Position numbers and translations under genes: made by a program
From: an uncultured Lachnospiraceae bacterium
GTDB lineage: Bacteria > Bacillota > Clostridia > Lachnospirales > Lachnospiraceae
Direction of reading: 5' to 3'
Length of the DNA stretch: 64,000 nucleotides
NCBI GenBank assembly: GCA_964653855.1
Contig: CAZZFV010000004.1
Location: forward strand, 5,899 to 69,898
Shown: one piece after another, positions 34,936-43,079 of the stretch
How the letters are laid out: every line of letters begins with the position of its first letter
Numbering within the stretch: the stretch's first letter is position 1
Notes under the pieces: model-generated
Databases searched by the model: none
Told to the model about the DNA's origin: nothing
Seen by the model: the letters and a program-made list of their open reading frames with translations, nothing else

Positions 34936-36433
34936 GATCGATAAATTTTAAAAATGCTTTTCTTCCATTTTCGTCGCACTTATAAACGCCTGCGTCTTTG
35001 AGCACTTCGACAAATACGCTGCCAACTTCATTCTTTATGATGTCGTCCGTATTTTCTTCGGTAAAGGAATCATACTTATTTTTAAGCATATCAAACCAAT
35101 CTTTATGCTGCTGCAGTTCAGGCACGTCGTCGATGCTTTTTCCGCTTATGAGTGCTTCCTTGATAAGCGTAAGCTCCTTCTTAAGTCTTGCAGGCAAAAT
35201 CGCATATCCCATAACTTCGATGAGACCGATGTTTTCCTTTTTGATATGGTGAAGTTCGGCATGCGGATGATATACGCCGAGCGGATGTTCGGGAGTCGTT
35301 ATATTGTTTCTGAGTACCAAATCGATTTGGAACAACTCTCCTCTTTTTCTTGCGATCGGTGTGATCGTGTTGTGCTTTTCGCCGTCGGTTTCCGCAAATA
35401 TAAAGCTGTCCTTATCGGAATATTTTCTCCATGCGTTAAGTATTTTATCGGAAAGCTCAATAAGTTTTTCCTTGTTTTTGCACGTAAGTCTTATAACTGA
35501 CATCGGCCACTTAACTATTTCGGCGTCAACATCGTTAAATCCTTCAAACGAAATTTTGATTTCCGTTCCCGCCTTTGCCATCGGGAACTCATAATTACCG
35601 CCCTGGAAATGATCGTGCGTGAGTATCGAACCGCCCACAATCGGAAGATCCGCATTCGATCCCAAAATATAGTGAGGGAACAAATCCACAAAGTCGAGAA
35701 GCTTCACAAATGTTGCACGGTTTATCTTCATCGGCGTATGCTCGTGATTTAATACAATACAATGCTCATTGTAATAAACATAAGGCGAATATTGCATTCC
35801 CCATGCCTCGTTGTTTATCGTAAAAGGAATAATTCTTAAATTTTGACGTGCGGGATGATTTGTTCTGCCCGCATATCCTTCGTTTTCGACACAAAGCTGG
35901 CACTTGGGATATGACGCCTGTTTCATCTTTAAAGCTGCGGCAATCGCCTTCGGATCCTTTTCCGGCTTCGACAGATTTATCGTGATATCCATGTCGCCGA
36001 ATTCGGAAGAAGTTTTCCACTTTATGTCCTTTTTAACTCGATTTGTTCTTATGTAGTTTGTGACTCTCGAAAGGTTGTAAAAATAATCCGTTGCCTTTTT
36101 TACGTCTTCTTTTTCAAGCTTGTTGAATTCTCTTATCACAACCGACGGACGGGGCGTAATGAGTCCCATAATTTTTGTGTCAAACAGGTCCCTGTATGTA
36201 ACCGTATTTTCGGGAATCAATTTTTGTTCTGCGGCGTAATCCAGGATAACCCCCAAAACATCGTCAAGATTATCCGTTGAAACAGTTATTTCACCTGTTT
36301 CCTCACACGTGAGTTCGTCAAGAGAAAGTGCCTCAAGCAACGTATTTTTTGTAAAAACAACATCTTCTTTTTCGATAAGGGAATATTTTATTCCGTATTC
36401 GACAAGCCAATTTACACATTCGGAAATATTCAT
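34919..36433 (-). CDS. galT: UDP-glucose--hexose-1-phosphate uridylyltransferase (GalT, ~500-aa Firmicute type)
   Basis: 504 aa, with ...LNHEHTPMKI... and ILTHDHFQGG; adjacent to galK. Confidence 0.9.
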   Translation of the reverse strand: MNISECVNWLVEYGIKYSLIEKEDVVFTKNTLLEALSLDELTCEETGEITVSTDNLDDVLGVILDYAAEQKLIPENTVTYRDLFDTKIMGLITPRPSVVIREFNKLEKEDVKKATDYFYNLSRVTNYIRTNRVKKDIKWKTSSEFGDMDITINLSKPEKDPKAIAAALKMKQASYPKCQLCVENEGYAGRTNHPARQNLRIIPFTINNEAWGMQYSPYVYYNEHCIVLNHEHTPMKINRATFVKLLDFVDLFPHYILGSNADLPIVGGSILTHDHFQGGNYEFPMAKAGTEIKISFEGFNDVDAEIVKWPMSVIRLTCKNKEKLIELSDKILNAWRKYSDKDSFIFAETDGEKHNTITPIARKRGELFQIDLVLRNNITTPEHPLGVYHPHAELHHIKKENIGLIEVMGYAILPARLKKELTLIKEALISGKSIDDVPELQQHKDWFDMLKNKYDSFTEENTDDIIKNEVGSVFVEVLKDAGVYKCDENGRKAFLKFIDHVNEL

Positions 36434-36553
36434 ATAATCACTCTTTTTTTAATTTATGATATTTAGAGCAAAGGTTCAAAATTTCTCTTTACAAAGAAAT
36501 TCGCACTGAAATCCGATCCTTTTTGCCCCGTGTTTTAATATATTTAATGCAAG

Positions 36554-37729
36554 TTAAATTTCTGCCGGGCCGCCGCCGATTTCGACAACATAAAAATCAG
36601 CCGCATATCCTATTTTTTCAAGGTATTTCTTTCCGACGGTGTCGATGTATTCGTTTACGTTTTCGTCTTTTACTATCGCAACCGTACATCCGCCGAAGCC
36701 CGCTCCCGTCATTCTTGCGCCTATTACTCCCGGCACTTTCCATGATGCTTCGACAATCGTGTCAAGCTCGATTCCGGTAACCTCGTAGTCAGCGGCAAGC
36801 GACTTATGCGATTCGTTCATAAGACGCCCAAAAAGCTCTATGTCACCCTTTTTAAGTGCTTCCACAGCTCTCACCGTACGCATGTTTTCATAAACCGCAT
36901 GACGTGCACGGCGAATTTTAACGGGATCTCCGATTACGTCCTTTACTTCTTCAAACTCGCTTTCCGTAAGCTCTCCGAGCGACTTTACGTTCTTAACTGT
37001 TTGGATACGCTTTAATGCTTCTTCGCACTCGCTTCTTCTTTCGTTATACTTTGAATCTCCGAGTCCGCGCTTTTTGTTTGAGCAAGTTATCACAATCTTA
37101 GCGTTGTCAAGCACAACGGGTGCATATTCATACTTAAGTGTTGCCGTATCAAGGAAAATCGCATTGTCTTTCTTGCCCATGGCAATCGCAAACTGATCCA
37201 TGATTCCGCAATTGACATGAATAAACTCGTTTTCTGCCTTTTGCGAAATAAGAGCCATATCGACAAGGCTCATTTGGAAGCCGAAAAGCTCACGGCAGAG
37301 GAAACACGTCAAAACTTCAAGAGATGCCGACGAAGAAAGCCCCGATGCATTCGGAATATTTCCGAACACAAGCATGTCTATTCCCGAATCTACACGTGTC
37401 TCATGCTCGTTTAGCATCTTTATTACACCCATGGGATAATTTGCCCAATCGTACTCTTCCTTGTCGTATTCAAGTTCATCAAGGTTTACCGCATGAATTC
37501 CCTGAGCCTCAAAATTCATCGAATAAAATCTGCATGTGTTCATATAATTTTTTCTTGCGACGGCATACGTGCCTATCGTAAGTGCGCACGGGAAAACGTG
37601 TCCGCCGTTGTAGTCCGTGTGCTCTCCGATTAAGTTTACGCGTCCCGGCGCAAAAAATGTACGGCACTCGTCCGTTCCGCCGAAAACTCTTTCAAATTCA
37701 TCCAAAAGTTTTTCTTTGATGTTATCCAT
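36554..37729 (-). CDS. galK: Galactokinase
   Basis: GRVNLIGEHTDYNGG and GLSSSASLEV; GHMP kinase. Confidence 0.96.
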   Translation of the reverse strand: MDNIKEKLLDEFERVFGGTDECRTFFAPGRVNLIGEHTDYNGGHVFPCALTIGTYAVARKNYMNTCRFYSMNFEAQGIHAVNLDELEYDKEEYDWANYPMGVIKMLNEHETRVDSGIDMLVFGNIPNASGLSSSASLEVLTCFLCRELFGFQMSLVDMALISQKAENEFIHVNCGIMDQFAIAMGKKDNAIFLDTATLKYEYAPVVLDNAKIVITCSNKKRGLGDSKYNERRSECEEALKRIQTVKNVKSLGELTESEFEEVKDVIGDPVKIRRARHAVYENMRTVRAVEALKKGDIELFGRLMNESHKSLAADYEVTGIELDTIVEASWKVPGVIGARMTGAGFGGCTVAIVKDENVNEYIDTVGKKYLEKIGYAADFYVVEIGGGPAEI

Positions 37730-37784
37730 GATTTGTCCTTTCGTTTATTTTAATATTTTTGTTTTAAACCATAATTTTTGTATC

Positions 37785-37813
37785 ATTATATCAAAGCTCT
37801 CTTTCTTTGTAAA
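37785..37813 (-). promoter_or_regulatory. Sigma-A promoter with extended -10 (TTTACA-17-TGaTATAAT) for galK-galT
   Basis: The minus strand reads TTTACA AAGAAAGAGAGCTTTGA TATAAT. Confidence 0.7.
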
Positions 37814-37866
37814 GAAAAAATAAGTAAAAAGATATCGATTTATATTTTCCGATGTTCCTTAAACTT

Positions 37867-37904
37867 AAAAAAATACCCGCGGCAAAAACCGCAGGTACTT
37901 TTTT
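37867..37904. terminator. Bidirectional intrinsic terminator downstream of the 29-codon ORF
   Basis: AAAAAAA TACCCGCGG caaaaa CCGCAGGTA CTTTTTT, with one mismatch in the stem. Confidence 0.8.
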
Positions 37905-37948
37905 AAGCAAAACAACCAATCGTTATAAACATTTTCCTGTGACACTTT

Positions 37949-38038
37949 TTAAATAAAAGCCAAAAGGCAAAGTGTCATGATGTAAACGCACAAATATGTG
38001 ATTTGAAATTTTAATTTTTTTAAAAGATAGTTATTCAT
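37949..38038 (-). CDS. 29-aa hydrophobic peptide (MNNYLLKKLKFQITYLCVYIMTLCLLAFI) in its own promoter-to-terminator unit
   Basis: Too short for the ORF track; translated by hand codon by codon. GGGAGG SD lies 5 nt before the ATG. Its own TTGACA-17-TATAAA promoter and a terminator flank it. Confidence 0.55.
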   Translation of the reverse strand: MNNYLLKKLKFQITYLCVYIMTLCLLAFI

Positions 38039-38096
38039 AAATGCCTCCCGTGACTTCAGATTTTGTTTTCGGCTCTTTCGGTTAGCCTCTGCTAAC

Positions 38097-38125
38097 TTTA
38101 TAACACCGCTAAAAAAATTTGTCAA
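38097..38125 (-). promoter_or_regulatory. Near-consensus sigma-A promoter with extended -10 (TTGACA-17-TGtTATAAA) for the 29-codon ORF
   Basis: The minus strand reads TTGACA AATTTTTTTAGCGGTGT TATAAA. The predicted 5' UTR begins with the hairpin GTTAGC agag GCTAAC. Confidence 0.7.
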
Positions 38126-38145
38126 CAGATTTTTGAAACTTTTTT

Positions 38146-38173
38146 AAAAAAGGACAAAACTTTCGTTTTGTCC
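38146..38173 (-). terminator. Intrinsic terminator after the GPH transporter gene
   Basis: GGACAAAAC gaaa GTTTTGTCC TTTTTT on the minus strand. Confidence 0.85.
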
Positions 38174-38196
38174 TTTCCCCAATGACCTGCTTTTAT

Positions 38197-39639
38197 TTAT
38201 TTTTTCCTTGAATTTATTTCGTCAACAAGCTCTTTATACTTTTTCTCGTCGATAATGTACTTTTTCTTAATCAAAACATATGCCGCACCTATCGTAACAA
38301 TCGGAACAAGCACAATCCCGAGTCTCAAGAGGAATCTCTGCCCCGAAGTCGCAAGGCTTATATAATCGTCAGCCGCCGCTATAACCTCATCCGATGACAT
38401 TTCTCCCGTTCCCGCTTTGATTTCAAGCCCCGAAATATTCTGGCTTATCGCATAAATATTGCTGATTATGAGGATTAAAGCCACAACCGCCTGATCGACC
38501 GCACTCGCAAGCTTTGCGGAAAACGATCTCACCGCAGATATTATGCTGTCGTGACGCTCGTTAAATCTCACTTCGTCATACTCGATCGTATTGTTGAGCA
38601 TGACAATCATTGTCATGTTAAAGACTCCTTGCGAGAAGAAAATGATAAATCCGATAAAATTAAGCAATATCGTATTTTTCGGCAAAACATAGCCTACACT
38701 CATAAACATCAAATATCCGACAATCGTGACTATTGTCGATATAGTGATAATTTGAATACGTGTGAGTTTTGACGATACCCACGCAAAGCTCGCTTCAGAA
38801 ACAAGTGTTCCGAGCCCGTACATTACGGTAAACCAAAACACAAGGCTTCCGCCGACCGAGTAACCGAATTCAAAATAAAAGAAATTCATTCCGATCATTA
38901 TAAGGAGGTTATTTCCGATTTGAAAAAGAAGAGCCGCAATTCCGATTACCATAAGCTGGTCGTTTCTTATAAAAATCTTAAACATATCCTTTAAGGAAAG
39001 CGTTTTCTTGTTTTCCGTACGTTCTCTTTCTTTAACACCGAAAAGCGTGATAAGCTGAAAGAAAATAAAACACGACGCAATCACAATCGCAGCTATTCTG
39101 TAAGCCGTTATCGCATTTCCGGCAACCATGTCCGGTAAAAGCCCCGCAACCGAAAATTGTCCGACACATATAAAAATTCCCTGTACGGTAACAAGCCAGT
39201 TTCTTTCTTTGGGATCCGACGTAAGACTCGGAAGCATTCCCCAATATGCTATGTCATTCATCGTATAAGTCATTCCCCAAAGTAAATACCCCACTCCGAA
39301 AAACGCCACAAATCCCCAGCCTTCCGGTCTTACCGTAAACAGGCAAATTATTACGATCGAATTTAATATTACACCGAGCAAAATCCACGGCTTAAACTTT
39401 CCCGATTTAAAATGCGTATTTTCTATGATAATTCCCATCATTGGATCATTTATTGCGTCCCACAATAAGCACACAACCATTATCGCGGATATTACGGCAT
39501 ATTGCGCAACCGACAGTTTCATCGTGTATTGAATGTATGTGAGCAAAAACATCGAAACAAGTGCATACGCCATGTCGCGCCCCGTTGCGCCGATGCAATA
39601 GCTCCACTTTGTGCGTTTGTCAAGTTTCTTCTCTTCCAT
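38197..39639 (-). CDS. Glycoside-pentoside-hexuronide (GPH):cation symporter family MFS transporter
   Basis: 480 aa, 12-TM pattern, N-terminus KWSYCIGATGRDMAYALVSMFLLTYIQY typical of the MelB/XylP/YicJ family. Confidence 0.85.
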   Translation of the reverse strand: MEEKKLDKRTKWSYCIGATGRDMAYALVSMFLLTYIQYTMKLSVAQYAVISAIMVVCLLWDAINDPMMGIIIENTHFKSGKFKPWILLGVILNSIVIICLFTVRPEGWGFVAFFGVGYLLWGMTYTMNDIAYWGMLPSLTSDPKERNWLVTVQGIFICVGQFSVAGLLPDMVAGNAITAYRIAAIVIASCFIFFQLITLFGVKERERTENKKTLSLKDMFKIFIRNDQLMVIGIAALLFQIGNNLLIMIGMNFFYFEFGYSVGGSLVFWFTVMYGLGTLVSEASFAWVSSKLTRIQIITISTIVTIVGYLMFMSVGYVLPKNTILLNFIGFIIFFSQGVFNMTMIVMLNNTIEYDEVRFNERHDSIISAVRSFSAKLASAVDQAVVALILIISNIYAISQNISGLEIKAGTGEMSSDEVIAAADDYISLATSGQRFLLRLGIVLVPIVTIGAAYVLIKKKYIIDEKKYKELVDEINSRKK

Positions 39640-39653
39640 TATATTAACTCCTC

Positions 39654-42068
39654 CTATTTATGAAACATCCTGAAAAAAGCCTTTAGGTATTTTTTATTCG
39701 CGTTTAAAACAAGCATATCGATAAGTTTTGCCGAAGCGATCCCTCCGCTTGTCGCAATAAGTCCTTCAAGGCATCCTTCCTCAACGCCTTTTTTTACCAT
39801 TAAGTATGCGGGATCGTCTTTTTCCTTTCCTTTTAACATAACTTTTAATCCGGCATTTATGATCCCGTTGACCGCTTTTCCGAATAAAGACATCTTTACG
39901 ACATCCTTGTACGAATCGTATACGGTAAATTCACCGCGTTTTTTTTCTTTTCCCGAAATTTCTTTCCCGTAAAGCCTCTTCCACACATTAAAATCGATAT
40001 CCATTCCGTGCGGCTGAGGATTAAAGTAATCGGGATAAAGTTCCTTTTCATTTATACCGTATTTTTCACCGATCACGTGTACCGCAGCCGTAAGCCTTGT
40101 GTCTTTAACAGACGCCGAAACACATATATCGTACATCCCTTCGATAACGGAAAAACGTTTTTTTGAAATGTCAAACACGGAAAAGCTTCTTTCGTCAAGT
40201 TCAATCTCTACTTCCTTTTCTTCGCCGGGCTTAAGATAAACCTTTTTAAAGCCTTTTAGTTCCGTTTTGCTTCTGATAAAGCCGATTTCCTTGGGATTTA
40301 CATAAACTTCCGCAATTTCCGCTCCGGGAACCGTTCCCACATTTTTGATTTTGAATTTAACGGTAAGTTTTCCGCTTTTATACTCATTTTCTGCTTCCAA
40401 ATCGGAATATTCGAATTTTGTGTAGGAAAGCCCGTATCCGAAAGGATATTTAACGGGAACGTCATAAGTTTCGTAATACCTGTATCCGACAAATATCGTT
40501 TCCCTGTATTCGACCGTGTCCGTGTCATGCCCAAAATAACGATAAGCGGGAGTATCGGTAAGTTTATAAGGTATTGTTTCCGCAAGCTTTCCCGAAGGAT
40601 TTACATGCCCGCTTATCAAATCCGCAACCGCTTCCCCGACCGCCTGACCGCCGAGATACATGTGAAGAGCAGCACCCGCATATTCGTCAAACGAAAAATC
40701 CATGGGTGCACCGCCGAAACTTATGCATGCTATATTTTCACTCCCAAATTCTCTTGAAATATTTTTAAGAAGCAAAAGCTCATTTTCCGGTATGTCAAGC
40801 GTTGTTCTGTCGTAGCCTTCCCCTTCAAACTTATCCGTAAGTCCGATAAAATATAAAATCACCGTGTTGTCTTTTATAAAGTCCTTTTTGATTTCGGAAA
40901 TTGTGTCCGAAATTTCTTTATCGCTTATTTCCGTCCGGTTATTGTCATATCCTTTAACATATTTTACGGAGTATCCTTTTTCTTTAATCGCATCAATCGC
41001 GTTCTTTGTTTTGAATGCGTTTATGTGACTGCTTCCGCCGCCCTGAAAACGCATTTTTTTTGCAAGTTCTCCAACAATTATTACTTGTTTCTCATGAGAA
41101 ACCGGAAGCACACCCGTGTTTTTTAAGAGCACCGCACTTTCGTCTTCAATTTCACGTGCGATTTCGTTTTGTGAATCAAAATCCGCTTGATAATTTTCTT
41201 CGACGTTTTCATAAAGACTTACTATTTTTGTAAGAACATTTTTTACCCACAAATCAAGCTCCGCGTCAGTTATTTCACCTTTTTCGTAAGCTTTTTTTAA
41301 GACTCGCGTGTGAAATCCGTGAGGGTCCGGCATTTCAAGTGTGAGCCCCGATTTAAAGCACTCTGTAACGTTATTTACCGCACCCCAATCGGAAATCACG
41401 GCACCTTCATATCCCCATTCGTTTTTTAAAATATCGGTTAGGAGATATTTGTTCCTTGCACCGAATTCACCGTTTATTTGGTTATATGATGCCATAACGG
41501 ACGTGGGATGAGCATTCTTTACAACATATTCAAATGCGGATAAGTAAATTTCCCTCATTGTCCGCTCATCCGCAAGACTGTTCTCAGTCATTCTTCTTGT
41601 TTCCTGCGAATTTAGCGCAAAATGTTTTAAAGATGTACCGACCCCCAACGACTGCACCCCGTCAATATAATTTTTTGCAAGTCTCCCGGTAAGAAAAGGG
41701 TCTTCGCTCAAATATTCAAAGTTTCTTCCGCAAAGCGGCGAACGCTTTATGTTTATCCCGCACCCGAGCACCATCGAAATTTTGTAGCTTTTTGCTTCAC
41801 GTGCTATCGCTTCCCCCATTTTTTTTAAAACTTCCGGGTTCCAGCTGCATGCAACCGCAGAAGCGGTCGGAAAGCATGTTGCGGGAAGACTTGTTTCTAT
41901 GTCACCCACCTTTTCATTTTCAAGCTTCCTTATTCCGTGCGGCCCGTCGGTCATCATAACAACGGGAATTTTACCGTTACACGAATACGTATGCCAGTCG
42001 CCGTCCCCTCCGAGCAAACGTATCTTTTCGTCGGTTGTGAGACTTTTTATTGTTTTTTCGATGTCCAT
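39654..42068 (-). CDS. Glycoside hydrolase family 3 (beta-glucosidase/beta-xylosidase-like)
   Basis: DGPHGIRK, KHFALNSQETRR, VISDWGA (nucleophile region). GGGAG SD lies before the ATG at 42068. Confidence 0.9.
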   Translation of the reverse strand: MDIEKTIKSLTTDEKIRLLGGDGDWHTYSCNGKIPVVMMTDGPHGIRKLENEKVGDIETSLPATCFPTASAVACSWNPEVLKKMGEAIAREAKSYKISMVLGCGINIKRSPLCGRNFEYLSEDPFLTGRLAKNYIDGVQSLGVGTSLKHFALNSQETRRMTENSLADERTMREIYLSAFEYVVKNAHPTSVMASYNQINGEFGARNKYLLTDILKNEWGYEGAVISDWGAVNNVTECFKSGLTLEMPDPHGFHTRVLKKAYEKGEITDAELDLWVKNVLTKIVSLYENVEENYQADFDSQNEIAREIEDESAVLLKNTGVLPVSHEKQVIIVGELAKKMRFQGGGSSHINAFKTKNAIDAIKEKGYSVKYVKGYDNNRTEISDKEISDTISEIKKDFIKDNTVILYFIGLTDKFEGEGYDRTTLDIPENELLLLKNISREFGSENIACISFGGAPMDFSFDEYAGAALHMYLGGQAVGEAVADLISGHVNPSGKLAETIPYKLTDTPAYRYFGHDTDTVEYRETIFVGYRYYETYDVPVKYPFGYGLSYTKFEYSDLEAENEYKSGKLTVKFKIKNVGTVPGAEIAEVYVNPKEIGFIRSKTELKGFKKVYLKPGEEKEVEIELDERSFSVFDISKKRFSVIEGMYDICVSASVKDTRLTAAVHVIGEKYGINEKELYPDYFNPQPHGMDIDFNVWKRLYGKEISGKEKKRGEFTVYDSYKDVVKMSLFGKAVNGIINAGLKVMLKGKEKDDPAYLMVKKGVEEGCLEGLIATSGGIASAKLIDMLVLNANKKYLKAFFRMFHK

Positions 42069-42181
42069 GATTTGACTCCCGTATTGTTTAATTTTAACCC
42101 CCAAAACTTTCTGCTCCGATACCAAAATGTCAAAATTTCTCTCGCAAATAACTTTGCATCAAAATTTTGAACTTTTTGAAC

Positions 42182-42201
42182 CTTGTATCATTTTATACAA
42201 G
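42182..42201. promoter_or_regulatory. Perfect 7-6-7 palindrome (CTTGTAT cattt t ATACAAG) in the GH3/AraC divergent control region
   Basis: Read directly from the sequence. It is followed by TGATATAAT (extended -10) at 42206..42214 on the plus strand. Confidence 0.5.
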
Positions 42202-42305
42202 AACATGATATAATTATATTGTTTAATCGTGTTTTTTATCAAAATTTCGTGATTGATTTTAACAAAAATTTAATTTTTAAATTCAACAAAATCGGGGAGC
42301 AAAAA

Positions 42306-43079
42306 ATGCATAAAAAAAAGCAGGAAATCGATACCCTACTCACAAAAGAACTTTTAAATAATTCCGAAAACTCGCTTTTTCACACATCCTATGCAGAAGA
42401 AAAAGCGATACTCACTTGTGTTTCAAAAGGTGACGTTAACGCACTTGAATCCGCATATTATTCGCTTCCCGAAACGGTTTACGGAAAAATGACCGAATCA
42501 AAATCGGAACTGAAACTCCTGTTTTACGCAAGCATATCAAACACGACGCTTGTAACGCGATACGCAATCGAAGGCGGGCTTGACGAAGAAACCGCGTTTT
42601 CGTTAAGCGACATTTATATACGAAAAATGGAAAAATGCACAACGGTGGAATCTCTTGTTTCTCTCAACGAGCAAATGGCGACGGAATTTACGTTAAGAGT
42701 TCATGAGACAAAAAAAGCGGGCGATTTTTATTCGCCCGCAGTTACGTATGTTTTAAACTCGATTTGTCACGGAAAAACCGCCGCCGTTGATTTAAACGCG
42801 CTCGCGCTTTCCGTAAACTTAACGCCCAAATATCTTTCCGCACTTTTTCACAAGGAAACCGGTCACACGCTCACCGATTACAGAAATCAAGTCTTAATCG
42901 AAAAAGCAAAAAACATGCTTTCCTACTCCGATTATTCGCTCGGAGAAATCAGCAATTACCTGAATTTTGCAACTCAGAGCTACTTTTCTTACATATTTAA
43001 AAAGTATACCGGCGTGACTCCGGGCGTGTACAGAAAATCAAATAAGATTTTTTATTCCATTTCAAATGCGCCGGTGTAG
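42306..43079 (+). CDS. AraC family transcriptional regulator
   Basis: C-terminal double HTH (LSVNLTPKYLSALFHKETGHTLTDYRNQVLIEKAKNML...FATQSYFSYIFKKYTGVTPGVYR). GGGGAG SD lies before the ATG at 42306. Confidence 0.9.
   Translation: MHKKKQEIDTLLTKELLNNSENSLFHTSYAEEKAILTCVSKGDVNALESAYYSLPETVYGKMTESKSELKLLFYASISNTTLVTRYAIEGGLDEETAFSLSDIYIRKMEKCTTVESLVSLNEQMATEFTLRVHETKKAGDFYSPAVTYVLNSICHGKTAAVDLNALALSVNLTPKYLSALFHKETGHTLTDYRNQVLIEKAKNMLSYSDYSLGEISNYLNFATQSYFSYIFKKYTGVTPGVYRKSNKIFYSISNAPV

Noticed and set aside
37980-37995. cre (CcpA)-like sequence ATGTAAACGCACAAA between the sugar operons
   Set aside because: It mismatches the conserved distal C of the cre consensus and lies inside the 29-codon ORF. 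It is probably a chance match.
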